A stretch of DNA of 32,000 bases from Massilicoli timonensis (lineage in GTDB: Bacteria; Bacillota_I; Bacilli_A; Erysipelotrichales; Erysipelotrichaceae): the NCBI RefSeq assembly GCF_900199515.1, contig NZ_LT963434.1, positions 1,383,272-1,415,271 on the forward strand, read 5' to 3'. Made by a program: the position numbers and the translations under genes. Below the pieces are notes generated by a model that ran no database searches, was not told the DNA's origin, and saw only the letters and a program-made list of their open reading frames with translations. Of this stretch, positions 1 through 10,827 are shown one piece after another. Position 1 is the first letter of the stretch. Every line of letters begins with the position of its first letter.

Positions 1-816
1 ACCATGCGCTCCTTTTTCCTTACGGAAGCAAGGAGAATAACTTGTCAAAGTATAAGGCAGTTTGTTTTCATCCAAAATGGTATCAATAAACTTTCCGATC
101 ATCGAATGTTCACTCGTTCCGATCAAGTATAGATCTTCTCCTTCAATCTTATACATCATGCTTTCCATTTCCGCAAAACTCATAACACCGGTAACGACAT
201 TGCTTCTGATCATAAAAGGAGGAACACAATAAGTAAATCCTTTATCGATCATAAAATCTCGTGCATAAGCGATGACTGCGGAATGTAAACGGGCGATATC
301 TCCCATTAAATAGTAAAAACCATTTCCCGCAACTTTTCTTGCACTATCCAAATCTAAGCCGTCAAATGCTTCCATGATCTCACTGTGATAAGGAATGTCA
401 AAATCCGGCACTACCGGTTCCCCATATCGTTTTAATTCAACATTTTCACTGTCATCTTTTCCGATCGGAACAGATGGATCGATCAAATTCGGAATCACCA
501 TCATAATTTTTTTGATTTCTTCCGCTAACTGATCTTCCTTTTCTTCCAGCTGGGCAAGCTCTTCGGCCATCGACTGTACTTGTGCCTTTTTAGCCATAGC
601 TTCTTCTTTTGCGCCTTGCTTCATCAAAGTACCGATTTCCTTAGACAGTTTATTGCGCATCATACGCAGATCATCTGCTTTTTGTTTTGTTTCTCGATTT
701 TCACGATCTAACACGATTACCTGATCAACCAGTGCAATCTTTTCATCCTGAAATTTCTTCCTGATATTCTCTTTTACCAATTCCGGATTTTCCCGAATTA
801 CTTTCATATCCAACAT
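1..816 (-). CDS. serS: seryl-tRNA synthetase, N-terminal 272 codons (gene continues past the left edge)
   Basis: Not listed in the ORF track. My minus-strand translation starts at ATG 816, with AAGGAGG 8 nt upstream. It reads MLDMKVIRENPELVKENIRKKF... (coiled-coil tRNA-binding arm), then ...GEDLYLIGTSEHSMIG...SYSPCFRKEKGAHG. The frame stays open to position 1. Confidence 0.9.
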   Translation of the reverse strand, partial: MLDMKVIRENPELVKENIRKKFQDEKIALVDQVIVLDRENRETKQKADDLRMMRNKLSKEIGTLMKQGAKEEAMAKKAQVQSMAEELAQLEEKEDQLAEEIKKIMMVIPNLIDPSVPIGKDDSENVELKRYGEPVVPDFDIPYHSEIMEAFDGLDLDSARKVAGNGFYYLMGDIARLHSAVIAYARDFMIDKGFTYCVPPFMIRSNVVTGVMSFAEMESMMYKIEGEDLYLIGTSEHSMIGKFIDTILDENKLPYTLTSYSPCFRKEKGAHG

Positions 817-840
817 TGTCAATTCCTCCTTATTTTGCCA

Positions 841-1078
841 AATAAAAAAGGCATGTCCATAAAGGGACGATACCTCGTGTTGCCACCCTTCTTAAATATA
901 GAATTTACGCAACATTCTATATTTCACTCGACAGCGATAACGGTACCACCGAAGCAGAATACTGAAATTCCTCTGCTCACTCATGGGTTGATTTCAAGAA
1001 TGATCATAAATGACTTGCACCAGCCGTCATCTCTCTGCTTATAATTACATTCTTTACTTATCCCATTCAACGATTTAT
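841..1078 (-). promoter_or_regulatory. T-box riboswitch leader of serS (Ser specifier)
   Basis: Minus-strand elements are in canonical order. Stem I base is ATGGG/CCCAT with GA motifs, followed by the AGTA S-turn. The AG bulge AGAGA is at 1032-1036 and the distal loop GGTGCAA at 1015-1021. The T-box sequence AAGGGTGGCAACACGAG is at 874-890. The terminator GGTATCGTCC/GGACATGCC plus U6 spans 844-874. Anchoring on the lower helix, the specifier reads UCA (Ser, 989-991) followed by the conserved purine A. Confidence 0.75.
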
Positions 1079-1084
1079 GTGTAT

Positions 1085-1113
1085 TTTATATCATTGTTTC
1101 CATGAAAAGTCAA
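1085..1113 (-). promoter_or_regulatory. sigma-A-type promoter for the serS leader
   Basis: On the minus strand: TTGACT (1108-1113), a 17-nt spacer, then TATAAA (1085-1090). Confidence 0.5.
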
Positions 1114-1146
1114 TGAAAAGCGCCATAATCCAAAGACTATGGCGCT
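1112..1146 (-). terminator. intrinsic terminator after gyrA
   Basis: A 9-bp stem AGCGCCATA/TATGGCGCT (1119-1127 / 1138-1146) sits 5 nt after the gyrA stop. On the minus strand it is followed by TTTCATT, a short U tract. Confidence 0.6.
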
Positions 1147-1151
1147 GTTAT

Positions 1152-3629
1152 CTATGCCTGTGCTGTTTCCGTATGATTTTCAGTTTCAACCTCATCATCA
1201 GAAACTTCTTCTTCCGCATCAATGATCGCAACTTTTGCCACTGACTGGCCATCGCTCACATTGATCAGTTTCACACCTTGGGTATTTCTGCCGTAAACAC
1301 CGACATTTTTCAAAGAAATACGAATGATGATGCCTTCATCTGTAACGATCATCGCATCTTCTTCTCCATGCACAGCACGTACGCTTACCAGATCACCGGT
1401 TTTTTCCGTAAGATTGATCGTTTTGACACCTTTTGTTCCTCGGCTAGTCAAACGATAATCTTCAATTGCGGAGCGTTTTCCATAACCATTCTGACTGACA
1501 ACCAAGATATATTCTCCTTCTTTGGTCGTAGCAGCGCCGACAACCTCACTGCCGTCTGTATTAAATCCTTTTACTCCGCTTGCCGTACGTCCCATCGGAC
1601 GAATATCATTTTCATTGAAACGCACCGCCTTGCCATTAGAACCGGCAATGATGATCTCATCAGATCCGTTTGTTTCTTTTACCGCAACCAATTCATCACC
1701 GTCACGCAATGTAATTGCGATCTTGCCGTTTTGACGAATAGAAGCAAATTCATCCAGCGCAACACGTTTTACTGTACCGTATTTCGTTACAAACAATAAA
1801 TAAGCGCTGTCACATTCCCTTTCAATAGAAATCAAAGCACGTACCTTTTCGTCTTTTTCCATGGAAAGCAGATTAACGATCGGCAATCCTTTTGCGGTAC
1901 GCGATGCATTCGGCACCTGATATCCCTTGATACGATAAACCTTTCCTTTATTCGTAAAGAACATCAAATAATCATGCGATGACATCGTTAAGATAAATTC
2001 AATGACATCATCTTCATTTAATGCCATTCCTTTGATACCGCGTCCTCCGCGATTCTGCGTATGATAGGTATCTACCGGTAAACGTTTGATATAACCATTT
2101 GTCGTCATCGTAATGACGCTTTCCTCTACCGGAATGAGATCTTCATCCTGCATATCATAATTTGCATCACTGATTTCAGTGCGGCGTTCATCACCATAAC
2201 GATTTTTCACTTCTGTTAATTCATCATGAATGATCTGCAAGACACGCGCATGATTGGCTAAAATATCTTTCAGATCGGCAATCGTTTCCAATAACTGCTG
2301 GTATTCGCTTTCGATCTTATCCCGTTCTAAACCGGTCAATCGGCGCAAACGCATTTCTAAGATTGCTTTTCCCTGTATTTCGGTTAAGCCAAACTGCTCC
2401 ATTAAACCATGCAGCGCCTCTTCATCATCTTTAGAAGAACGGATCAACTTAATAATTGCATCAATATGATCCAGTGCAATTCGCAATCCTTCCAAAATAT
2501 GGGCACGATCTTCCGCTTTCTTCAAATCATATTTGGTTCTTCTCACGGTTACATCGATCTGATGATCAATATAATGACGCAATACATCTTTTAGTCCCAG
2601 CTGCTTAGGCTCACCGTTTACCAAAGCTAACGTATTGACACCGAAAGAAGTCTGTAACGCCGTTAAACGAAATAGCTGATTCAAAATGACATCCGGCTGT
2701 ACATCTTTACGCATTTCGATCACGATGCGGATTCCTTCACGGCTGGATTCATCACGCAGATCGGTAATTCCATCCACGATTTTCTCTCTTACTAAGGAAG
2801 CGATCTTTTCTACAAGATTCGCTTTATTTACCATATACGGAATTTCCGTAACGATGATGCGCGGTTTACCGTTTGGCAGTTCGTCTATTTCAGTCCTCGA
2901 GCGAATCATGATCGAACCGCGTCCGGTTTCATAGGCCTGTCTGATGCCTGCTCTGCCTAAAATAATACCGCCGGTAGGAAAATCCGGACCTTTGATAATT
3001 GACATCAGTTCCAATACACTGATATCAGGCTGATCCATGACCGCCAACGTCGCATCGATCGTTTCTGTTAAATTATGCGGCGGAATATTAGTTGCCATAC
3101 CAACCGCGATACCCACCGATCCATTCACCAATAAATTTGGAAAACGGGCCGGCAGTACGACCGGTTCTTTTTCCTCGCCGTCATAGTTATCCATAAAATC
3201 AACGGTATCCTTATTGATGTCTTTCATCATTTCCATAGCGATCTTAGACATCTTTGCTTCCGTATAACGCATCGCCGCGGCACCATCGCCATCGATCGAG
3301 CCGAAATTTCCATGTCCCTGTACCAATTCATAACGATATGAGAAATCCTGCGACATACGCACCATCGCATCATAAACCGCACTGTCGCCATGTGGATGAT
3401 ACTTACCGATTACATCGCCGACAATACGTGCCGATTTCTTAAACGGTTTATTGGCAACGATGCCCAATTCATTCATAGAGTGCAGAATACGGCGATGTAC
3501 CGGCTTCAAACCATCCCGTACATCCGGCAAAGCACGCTGCACAATAACAGACATAGAATAATCTAAGAATGATTTGCGCATTTCTTTTGATATATCGACC
3601 TGCTTTAGACGATCCTGATTGATATCCAT
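1152..3629 (-). CDS. gyrA: DNA gyrase subunit A
   Basis: 825-aa ORF. It carries the [18 protein letters not shown], the catalytic-Tyr region [12 protein letters not shown]-terminal beta-pinwheel repeats and an acidic tail. Confidence 0.98.
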   Translation of the reverse strand: MDINQDRLKQVDISKEMRKSFLDYSMSVIVQRALPDVRDGLKPVHRRILHSMNELGIVANKPFKKSARIVGDVIGKYHPHGDSAVYDAMVRMSQDFSYRYELVQGHGNFGSIDGDGAAAMRYTEAKMSKIAMEMMKDINKDTVDFMDNYDGEEKEPVVLPARFPNLLVNGSVGIAVGMATNIPPHNLTETIDATLAVMDQPDISVLELMSIIKGPDFPTGGIILGRAGIRQAYETGRGSIMIRSRTEIDELPNGKPRIIVTEIPYMVNKANLVEKIASLVREKIVDGITDLRDESSREGIRIVIEMRKDVQPDVILNQLFRLTALQTSFGVNTLALVNGEPKQLGLKDVLRHYIDHQIDVTVRRTKYDLKKAEDRAHILEGLRIALDHIDAIIKLIRSSKDDEEALHGLMEQFGLTEIQGKAILEMRLRRLTGLERDKIESEYQQLLETIADLKDILANHARVLQIIHDELTEVKNRYGDERRTEISDANYDMQDEDLIPVEESVITMTTNGYIKRLPVDTYHTQNRGGRGIKGMALNEDDVIEFILTMSSHDYLMFFTNKGKVYRIKGYQVPNASRTAKGLPIVNLLSMEKDEKVRALISIERECDSAYLLFVTKYGTVKRVALDEFASIRQNGKIAITLRDGDELVAVKETNGSDEIIIAGSNGKAVRFNENDIRPMGRTASGVKGFNTDGSEVVGAATTKEGEYILVVSQNGYGKRSAIEDYRLTSRGTKGVKTINLTEKTGDLVSVRAVHGEEDAMIVTDEGIIIRISLKNVGVYGRNTQGVKLINVSDGQSVAKVAIIDAEEEVSDDEVETENHTETAQA

Positions 3630-3644
3630 GTTCTACACCTCCTA

Positions 3645-5579
3645 TTAAAAGTCTAAATTCTTAACATAAATTGCATTTTCCTGAATAAATTTACGTCTAG
3701 GCTCTACTTCATCTCCCATTAACATTTCAAATACACTGTCTGCTTCCATCGCATCTTCGATATTGACCTTTTTCAAAGTACGCGCAGCGGGATCCATGGT
3801 CGTTTCCCATAACTGTTCCGGGTTCATCTCACCCAAACCTTTATAACGCTGTATATTGAAATTATCACCAAACTCTTTCTTAGTTTCCTCTAATGTTTCC
3901 TCATCATAAAGATAGACGACTTTTTTACCTTTTTCCACCTTAAATAAAGGAGGCTGAGCAATATATACATAACCGCCTTCAATGATCGGCTTTAAGAACC
4001 GATAGAAGAACGTCAGTAAAAGCGTACAGATGTGCGCACCGTCCACATCGGCATCGGTCATGATGATGATCTTATGATAACGCAATTTAGAAAGATCCAT
4101 TTCATCACCGATTCCGCATCCAAATGCGGTGATCATCGAACGAATCGTATCACTTTCAAATACCCGATGCAGTCTGGCTTTTTCAACATTCAAAATCTTT
4201 CCGCGCAACGGCAGGATCGCCTGATATTTAGAATTTCTGCCCTGCTTTGCACTGCCACCCGCAGAATCACCCTCGACGATATAAATTTCACACTCACTGG
4301 CATCCTTAGAAGAGCAGTCTGCTAATTTACCAGGCAAACTGGTAATTTCCAAAGCGCTTTTTCTTCTCGTGAGTTCTCGCGCCTTCTTGGCAGCCATACG
4401 CGCTTTGCTTGCAAGGATCGCTTTATCAATGATCGTTTTAGCCGTATCCGGATGCTCTAAGAAAAAGCGTTCCAGCTGTTCACCTAAAATGCCCGATACA
4501 ATTCTTCTCACTTCACTATTGCCCAATTTTGTCTTTGTCTGTCCTTCATATTGCGGATCCGGATGCTTTACCGAAATAATCGCCGTCAATCCTTCTCTTA
4601 CATCATCACCGGTCAATGTTTCATCTTTTTTCAACATATTGTTGTCTTTTGCATAATTACCGATAATGCGTGAAAGCGCCAAGCGGAAACCATCTTCATG
4701 CGTACCGCCTTCCATCGTATTGATGTTATTACAGAAAGAATAAATATTAGGCTGATAGCCTTCATTGTATTGCATGGCAATTTCCACTTCAATACCTTCC
4801 TGCACACCTTCTACATAAACGATTTCATCATGGATGACCTGTTTATTCTTATTCAGAAATTGCACATATTCCTTCAAACCGCCTTTGTACTGATAACGTA
4901 CTTCCTGTACTTCCTCTTCCCGCTCATCTCTTAAAATCAGCAAGATGCCTTTATTTAAGAAAGCGAGCTGACGAATACGGCTGTTTAATGTTTCAAAATC
5001 ATAATGTGTCGTTTCTTGAAAGATCGTTTCATCAGCACGAAATCTAACGATCGATCCATGCTGATCGGAATTTCCTACGACATGCAATGGTTCTACCGTA
5101 GCACCGCCATTTTCAAAACGGGCATGATACTCTTTTCCATCTTGGTGTACGCTGACTTCCAACCATTTGGACAACGCATTTACAACACTTGCACCAACGC
5201 CATGCAAACCACCCGACACCTTATAAGCGCCGCCGCCGAATTTACCACCGGCATGCAATACGGTAAAAATCGTTTCTACCGTAGAAATTCCGGTTTTCTT
5301 ATGTGTTCCTACCGGCATTCCACGACCATTGTCCTCTACTCTTACAACGTCATCTTTTTCTAACGTAACCGTAATATCCGTAGCAAAACCAGCCAATGCC
5401 TCATCAATCGAGTTATCGACGATTTCCCATACCAGATGATGCAGGCCTCTGGAAGAGGTACTACCGATATACATGCCCGGACGCTTTCTAACCGCCTCTA
5501 AGCCTTCTAATACCTGTATATCATCTGCCGTATAAGAGTGTTCTACCTTTTCCGGTTCCATATTTGTACCATGTATCAT
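3645..5579 (-). CDS. gyrB: DNA gyrase subunit B
   Basis: 644-aa ORF. GHKL ATPase motifs are [15 protein letters not shown] and [14 protein letters not shown]; the Toprim motif is [24 protein letters not shown] lies 7 nt upstream, and the ATG overlaps the recF stop (ATGA). Confidence 0.98.
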   Translation of the reverse strand: MIHGTNMEPEKVEHSYTADDIQVLEGLEAVRKRPGMYIGSTSSRGLHHLVWEIVDNSIDEALAGFATDITVTLEKDDVVRVEDNGRGMPVGTHKKTGISTVETIFTVLHAGGKFGGGAYKVSGGLHGVGASVVNALSKWLEVSVHQDGKEYHARFENGGATVEPLHVVGNSDQHGSIVRFRADETIFQETTHYDFETLNSRIRQLAFLNKGILLILRDEREEEVQEVRYQYKGGLKEYVQFLNKNKQVIHDEIVYVEGVQEGIEVEIAMQYNEGYQPNIYSFCNNINTMEGGTHEDGFRLALSRIIGNYAKDNNMLKKDETLTGDDVREGLTAIISVKHPDPQYEGQTKTKLGNSEVRRIVSGILGEQLERFFLEHPDTAKTIIDKAILASKARMAAKKARELTRRKSALEITSLPGKLADCSSKDASECEIYIVEGDSAGGSAKQGRNSKYQAILPLRGKILNVEKARLHRVFESDTIRSMITAFGCGIGDEMDLSKLRYHKIIIMTDADVDGAHICTLLLTFFYRFLKPIIEGGYVYIAQPPLFKVEKGKKVVYLYDEETLEETKKEFGDNFNIQRYKGLGEMNPEQLWETTMDPAARTLKKVNIEDAMEADSVFEMLMGDEVEPRRKFIQENAIYVKNLDF

Positions 5580-6682
5580 GAAATACCTCCTTTTAATTTA
5601 TGAATCGTGCCGTTATGAACTTTCCAAACTTGGAAAGATCGTCCTTCTAAATCTATCACTTCAAGATCGGTGGCAGAAATAAAGATCTGTACTTCCTTCG
5701 GCAGTGCCTTCAGCAGTCTTTTTCTTCTTTCCTGATCCAATTCCGAAAATACATCATCTAACAGTAGAATCGGATATTCCTTAGTTAATTCATAGATCAT
5801 ATGCACCAATCCGATTTTCATTGCCAACAAGACACAGCGTTTTTGTCCCTGCGATGCATATTCTTCGATCGGATGATCGTTGAGATAAAATGTCACATCG
5901 TCTTTATGACAGCCAATCGTCGTCTGTTTCAACATATAATCACGTTCTCTGCATTTTTTTCTCTTTTCCAGAATTGCTTGTTTTCGGCTTTCCTTATCAC
6001 ACTCTGAAACAAATGTATGATAAGCACAGGACAACATCGTATCATCATCGGATAATTCCCGATAGAAAGGCTGCGCAAATTCAATCAATTTAGCTAGAAA
6101 TGCCTTTCTTTGTTCCATGATCGTTACTTCTTTTTCCGCAAGCTGTTCATCTAACACTTCCAGAAAAATATCGTCTGTCTGATTCTGTTTCAGAAATTGA
6201 TTGCGTTCCTTCAAGAGCTTGTTTGCCTGTAATAAGGTTTGCGTATAAACCTTGCTCATCTTGCTAAGCTCCATATCAATGAAGCGGCGCCGTACTTTTG
6301 GCGCTGCCTGAAACAACATCAGATCATCCGGACAAAATAGGATCACATTGCATTCACCGATAAACTGACTGACTTTCGCAACCGTTTCCTGATAGATCAT
6401 CAAATGTTTTTTTCCAGATTCGCCGATTGCTTTTAATTTGATCTTCTGCCGACTGCGGGCTACTTCCCCTTCGATGATAAACAATTCTTCGCCATATCGG
6501 ATCAAATCTCGATCATCATTGCTTCGATGACTGCGTGTCGTAGAAAGATATAAGATTGCCTCTAATAAATTTGTCTTTCCCTGTGCGTTTTTTCCCAGTA
6601 TCATCTGGACGCCGGAATCAAAAGAAAGATCCACATTCTGATAATTTCTAAAATTACGAATGTGGAGTTTTGTAATCATCAT
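5576..6682 (-). CDS. recF: DNA replication/repair protein RecF
   Basis: 368-aa ORF with Walker [14 protein letters not shown] and Walker B region [12 protein letters not shown]. It occupies the conserved position between yaaA and gyrB. Its start overlaps the yaaA stop. Confidence 0.95.
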   Translation of the reverse strand: MMITKLHIRNFRNYQNVDLSFDSGVQMILGKNAQGKTNLLEAILYLSTTRSHRSNDDRDLIRYGEELFIIEGEVARSRQKIKLKAIGESGKKHLMIYQETVAKVSQFIGECNVILFCPDDLMLFQAAPKVRRRFIDMELSKMSKVYTQTLLQANKLLKERNQFLKQNQTDDIFLEVLDEQLAEKEVTIMEQRKAFLAKLIEFAQPFYRELSDDDTMLSCAYHTFVSECDKESRKQAILEKRKKCRERDYMLKQTTIGCHKDDVTFYLNDHPIEEYASQGQKRCVLLAMKIGLVHMIYELTKEYPILLLDDVFSELDQERRKRLLKALPKEVQIFISATDLEVIDLEGRSFQVWKVHNGTIHKLKGGIS

Positions 6683-6882
6683 TGAATCAAAAATACATGA
6701 CCTTCAATTACGACTTGATCTCCACTATACAATTTTCTGCCACGGCGATTTTCCACTACGCCATTTACCGTAATTTCTAATTCTTGCAGCGCTGCTTTCG
6801 CTTCCCCGCCGCTTTGAATAAAGTCCGTTAATTTCAAAAATTGACCAAGCGTAATATAGTCATTTCTGATCTTGATTTCCAT
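6679..6882 (-). CDS. yaaA: S4-domain RNA-binding protein (YaaA family)
   Basis: The ORF-track frame runs 6679-6909. I prefer ATG 6882 (MEIKIRNDYITLGQFLK...) because GAGG lies 8 nt upstream. Small S4-like protein in the conserved slot upstream of recF. Confidence 0.8.
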   Translation of the reverse strand: MEIKIRNDYITLGQFLKLTDFIQSGGEAKAALQELEITVNGVVENRRGRKLYSGDQVVIEGHVFLIQ

Positions 6883-7129
6883 AAGCAAAACCTCTTTCAT
6901 AGACTTCATTATTATACCATAAAATGAATGACTTTTGTTGCTTTTTCAAGATGTTTCAATCCTTTTTTCACTTTTTTATCCATCATGTATTCTAAAATTA
7001 TCGAATTGATTTTGTATTATTAAAATCAGTATTTAACAAGCGATTTCACATAGAAAAAGGTATTTTATTATTTTATCATCGTAACACGCATAAATAAAAA
7101 TAGAAGAACAATTTACAAAGCTTTCTTAT

Positions 7130-7678
7130 TCATTTTGCGAAATTCACAAAGTCCTCCCGATACATTTCATAATCAATAGAGGATCGTAATTTTCCTAATT
7201 GATCTTTCCATGAATTTTCATGAACTTGCAGCTTTCTAAAACCGAGTTTTTCATAAACATGCTGTGCGCGCTTATTATCGGCATTCGTGTCAAGAGTGAT
7301 TCGTTTATATCCCATATCAGAAAACAATGATGTGATCAACATACTGAGCAATTTCTTTCCTAATCCCTTATTGCATAGCGAAAGATCACAAATCTTGATG
7401 CCTATTTCAACCGTATCCTTATCCTTGATACGATAATTCATTTCACCTGCAGGAAGGTAATCAACTTCAATGATTAAATGTCTGCAAGTATGCTCGCTAT
7501 CATATTTTAGGATAGCGGCAATTTCCTTCGCTGTTTGACCGGTGCCATTAGGAAATCCTACATATGCCATTACAGTACCGTCATTCCACCATATCGCTAA
7601 TTGTTCGGCATCATCGATCGTTGCGTTTCTGATCGTTAAATTTTGATATTTTAACAACATAACATTCTTATTCTCCAT
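7130..7678 (-). CDS. GNAT-family N-acetyltransferase
   Basis: 182-aa ORF. The acetyl-CoA-binding core reads CNKGLGKKLLSMLITSLF...NKRAQHVYEKLGF. The start codon is uncertain: no clear RBS precedes M1, and M7 is an alternative. Confidence 0.75.
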   Translation of the reverse strand: MENKNVMLLKYQNLTIRNATIDDAEQLAIWWNDGTVMAYVGFPNGTGQTAKEIAAILKYDSEHTCRHLIIEVDYLPAGEMNYRIKDKDTVEIGIKICDLSLCNKGLGKKLLSMLITSLFSDMGYKRITLDTNADNKRAQHVYEKLGFRKLQVHENSWKDQLGKLRSSIDYEMYREDFVNFAK

Positions 7679-7684
7679 TGAACG

Positions 7685-7713
7685 AAAACAGTCATAAATT
7701 TTATATGACTGTT
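7685..7713 (-). terminator. hairpin between the NagA-like and GNAT genes (weak terminator)
   Basis: A 9-bp stem ACAGTCATA/TATGACTGT (7688-7696 / 7704-7712) is followed on the minus strand by TTTCGTT. Confidence 0.4.
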
Positions 7714-7729
7714 CAAAATTGATCTACTT

Positions 7730-8956
7730 CTACCCTTCATAAACTTCTTTTTGATATTGTAAATACTCAGGATTTTCAAATACTTCTGCCTGTCCTTTAT
7801 CATAAACCAGATGCCCTTTCACAAAAGTTTTCAATGCTTCATAATTTTCATCGATTACAACATAATCCGCATCTTTTCCCTCTTTTAAGCTGCCTTTGCG
7901 ATCTGCACAATGACAAATTACCGCCGGATTATAAGAAGCCATACAAATTGCCTCTTCCATCGGAATATGCAATACTTCTACCCAGTTTTTCAAACCATTT
8001 AATACATGCAACGCACTGCCGTCGATCGTACCGTCAGCAGTATGAAGCAAACCATCTGTTCCTACTTCATATCCTTTTTCTTTCGGCAGATCATATTTTC
8101 CGCACGGCATGCCGGACATATAGCCGGCGTCGGCAATGATACACAACTTTTGATATCCTTTCAAACGATAAAGCAGTTCTAAAAATTCCTTGCTGCAATG
8201 TGCCAAATCGGAATTGATCTCATTATACAAACGCATATCCAATAAAGCAGCGCCGGTTACACCAACTTCTCTTTGATGGATCGCCCGCATACAGTTTCCC
8301 GTCTTTTGCGTAATAACTGCCCCGCGATCCACCGCTTCTTTACAAATCTCATATGTAGCATTGGAATGTCCGATACAAACATTGATACCGTTCTCTACCA
8401 AATAATCGATCATTTCCATATTGCCCTCGACCTCCGGCGCCAAAGTAACAGTGATAATATGATTACGAGCAGCTTCGATAAAACGATTCATTAAAGCAAG
8501 ATCCGGTTCGCACACATCTTCCGCAGATACAGATCCTAATATTTCTTTTGAAATAAATGGTCCTTCCATATGAATTCCTAAAATTTCTGCGCCGTCGCTG
8601 CCATTTTCCAATACCTCTGCGATTGCCGCACAATTTTCTAAAACATCTTTTCGTAAATGATTGGTAGGCAAATAGCCGGTTACACCGCATGTCGTCAAGC
8701 TTCTGCTTAAATTTCTGATTTCTTCTACGTCAACTGACATAGCAGACCATCCTTTATAACCATGACAGTGTAATTCAATCAAGCCGGGAATGACTCTGCA
8801 ATCACCAAAATCCTGCACTTCTCCATCGAAAGCATCAGGCAGCTCTTTACGTAAATAAATTTTAGAAATGATACCGTCTTCTACTACCATACCACCATCT
8901 AAACAACCTCTCTCAGTATAAAGCTGTTTAGAGATCACCAGTGTTTTCAAAACCAT
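7730..8956 (-). CDS. amidohydrolase, N-acetylglucosamine-6-phosphate deacetylase (NagA)-like
   Basis: 408-aa ORF. The metal-binding motif is PGLIELHCHGYKG. The segment IGHSNATYEICKEAVDRGAVITQKTGNCMRAIHQREVGVTGAALL matches the NagA signature region from memory. Substrate is not established. Confidence 0.65.
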   Translation of the reverse strand: MVLKTLVISKQLYTERGCLDGGMVVEDGIISKIYLRKELPDAFDGEVQDFGDCRVIPGLIELHCHGYKGWSAMSVDVEEIRNLSRSLTTCGVTGYLPTNHLRKDVLENCAAIAEVLENGSDGAEILGIHMEGPFISKEILGSVSAEDVCEPDLALMNRFIEAARNHIITVTLAPEVEGNMEMIDYLVENGINVCIGHSNATYEICKEAVDRGAVITQKTGNCMRAIHQREVGVTGAALLDMRLYNEINSDLAHCSKEFLELLYRLKGYQKLCIIADAGYMSGMPCGKYDLPKEKGYEVGTDGLLHTADGTIDGSALHVLNGLKNWVEVLHIPMEEAICMASYNPAVICHCADRKGSLKEGKDADYVVIDENYEALKTFVKGHLVYDKGQAEVFENPEYLQYQKEVYEG

Positions 8957-9071
8957 CCGCTCCTTTCACTGTTTTCTTAATTTAATCATAACATTATAAC
9001 AAATAATTGAACAGTCCTATATCAATTTTCGTTTTACCATGATAGAATAGAAATTAAGATGAGGTGATGAT

Positions 9072-9479
9072 ATGAATATCAATAAAATGACTGAACAGGA
9101 TTTACAGACATTTTTCAAAGAAAATATTGAAATAAAGGAACCGATCTTATCTAAAAACTGGGCATTTATTGAAGCTATGGGAAAACATTCGCTTCAAAGC
9201 ACCGGCTTTGTCGTATTAAGTGCAGAAAACCTTTATTTTGCCTTATGCACACAATATCAGATCAAAGATAAAATCAAAACCTATACGATTCCTTTATCAC
9301 AATTAAAACTGGTCAAAGTGAAGAAAGCATTTTTATCAAAAGGCACCGTCTATTCGCTCATGGCAGACGGCACTTATTTCAATGTGAAAATCAGTACGAC
9401 AAAGTATAAAAATGTAGATTTAACAAATGATCATGAAATCTTAAAGAAAGAATTAGGAAAAGCGAAGTATCAGTTATGA
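9072..9479 (+). CDS. hypothetical small protein (possibly bacterial PH-like fold)
   Basis: 135-aa ORF with GAGGTGA RBS 4 nt upstream and a terminator directly downstream. The fold assignment is a guess from the sequence pattern only. Confidence 0.55.
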   Translation: MNINKMTEQDLQTFFKENIEIKEPILSKNWAFIEAMGKHSLQSTGFVVLSAENLYFALCTQYQIKDKIKTYTIPLSQLKLVKVKKAFLSKGTVYSLMADGTYFNVKISTTKYKNVDLTNDHEILKKELGKAKYQL

Positions 9480-9486
9480 CCGATAT

Positions 9487-9516
9487 AAAACCGATCATCA
9501 AAAGATCGGTTTTTCT
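9487..9516 (+). terminator. intrinsic terminator after the 9072-9479 ORF
   Basis: Stem AAAACCGATC/GATCGGTTTT (9487-9496 / 9504-9513) followed by TTTCTTT. Confidence 0.7.
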
Positions 9517-9535
9517 TTATAGATGATTTAGCCAT

Positions 9536-9560
9536 AAAAAAAGCGTGCATTCATCACGCT
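9536..9560 (-). terminator. intrinsic terminator after dnaN
   Basis: Stem AGCGTG/CACGCT (9542-9547 / 9555-9560) begins 2 nt after the dnaN stop and is followed on the minus strand by T6. Confidence 0.65.
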
Positions 9561-9562
9561 CT

Positions 9563-10681
9563 TTATGCATAAGTACGTACCGGCAATACCAGCTGAAGCA
9601 CATCATCATCGCCGGCTGCCTTGATGATAAAAGGCTTCATCTCACCGCAGAATTTGAAAATGACACTTTCGCCTTCCAAAGCGCGGATCGCATCAAATAC
9701 ATATCGTCCATTGCAGCTGATTTCCAGATGTTCACCCTTGAAGATGGCTCCGGCCAACACTTCGGTTGAAGAACCGACTTCCAGCGCTTTTGTCGATAAT
9801 ATACATTCTTTTTCATCCAAAGATAATTTAATTACCGATACACCGTCGTTTTTAATGAAAGAAGCACGGTCGATCGCACCAAGCAGATCGTGTGCATTCA
9901 TGCTCAGTTCGTATTCATAAGAAGTCGGGATCAGTCGTTCTGTTTCCGGATATGCGCCATCGATCAAGCGTGTCTGAATGATCGTAGAATTGATCATAAA
10001 CTGCGCTTTCTTGTCATTTACCGCAATTTCCACCAGATCCTCATCCTCTACGATTTTACTGACTTCCGCAAGACTTTTGGCAGGTATCGTAATATTGAAA
10101 GAAAGAGCAGAATCAATCTTTAATTCCTTTTTCGCAAGCCGGTAACTATCCGTTCCCACACAGTTCAACTTTCCGGCTGCCGCATGGAAATTTACACCGG
10201 TCAATACCGGTCTTGTTTCTTTATCGCTTGTGGCAAAGGCAGTCTGTGCAATGATCTGTTTTAATAAATGTCCTTCAAAAGAAAATACTTCTTTTGGCTT
10301 ACTGAAATCAATAGCCGGATAATCAGTCGCCTTCATGCCGTTGATCTTAAACTCAGCGCCGTTACCACTGATCTTTGTCAAAGCATTGTCGATGATCTCG
10401 AATTCGATTTCATCTGACTCGGTCTTGCGAACGATCTCTAATATATAACGTGCTTCGATCACGATTGCACCGTTATCTTTAATTGATAATTTGCAATCGT
10501 CTTGATTACGAATTACGGTTTGAATCGAAATATCAGAATCACTGCCGGTCAAGATCAATTCATCTGTATTTGCTTCAATCTTAATACCGCTGAAAGCAGG
10601 TAAAGGAGAATAATTAGAAATTGCTCTTGCAACGACAGATAAACCGTTATAGAAGTCTTTTTTAGAAACTGTAAAATACAT
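9563..10681 (-). CDS. dnaN: DNA polymerase III beta sliding clamp
   Basis: 372-aa ORF starting MYFTVSKKDFYNGLSVVARAIS... Three-domain clamp length, immediately downstream of dnaA. Confidence 0.97.
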   Translation of the reverse strand: MYFTVSKKDFYNGLSVVARAISNYSPLPAFSGIKIEANTDELILTGSDSDISIQTVIRNQDDCKLSIKDNGAIVIEARYILEIVRKTESDEIEFEIIDNALTKISGNGAEFKINGMKATDYPAIDFSKPKEVFSFEGHLLKQIIAQTAFATSDKETRPVLTGVNFHAAAGKLNCVGTDSYRLAKKELKIDSALSFNITIPAKSLAEVSKIVEDEDLVEIAVNDKKAQFMINSTIIQTRLIDGAYPETERLIPTSYEYELSMNAHDLLGAIDRASFIKNDGVSVIKLSLDEKECILSTKALEVGSSTEVLAGAIFKGEHLEISCNGRYVFDAIRALEGESVIFKFCGEMKPFIIKAAGDDDVLQLVLPVRTYA

Positions 10682-10827
10682 AAAATTGCTCCTTTCTTTA
10701 TTCTTTTACTATATAAGATATAATAATAAGCATGTGGATAATGGTGGAAAGCTCATAAATATGTGATAATACAAAGGTATTTTATCATTTTTTTAAGGGG
10801 AAAGAAAGTGGAATGCGGTGCAAAACC
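10682..10827. other. oriC part 2 (dnaA-dnaN spacer): tandem DnaA boxes plus TAA trios plus AT-rich tract
   Basis: A perfect DnaA box TGTGGATAA (10733-10741) abuts TGGTGGAAA (10742-10750). A degenerate TGTGATAA lies at 10762-10769. TAATAATAA (10721-10729) is separated from the perfect box by GCA. AT-rich DNA extends to the dnaN RBS. Confidence 0.75.

Noticed and set aside
835-1044. 69-aa plus-strand ORF from the track
   Set aside because: It lies antisense to the serS T-box leader. It has no RBS, and the region is fully explained by conserved T-box elements on the minus strand.
1278-5363. Multiple 60-173-aa plus-strand ORFs inside gyrA and gyrB
   Set aside because: These are antisense shadow ORFs within strongly supported genes. 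Their sequences are low-complexity and they lack RBSs.
6910-9562. Mobile-element origin of the dnaN-yaaA insertion
   Set aside because: I could find no integrase, transposase, inverted or direct terminal repeats, or tRNA. It is reported only as a synteny break.
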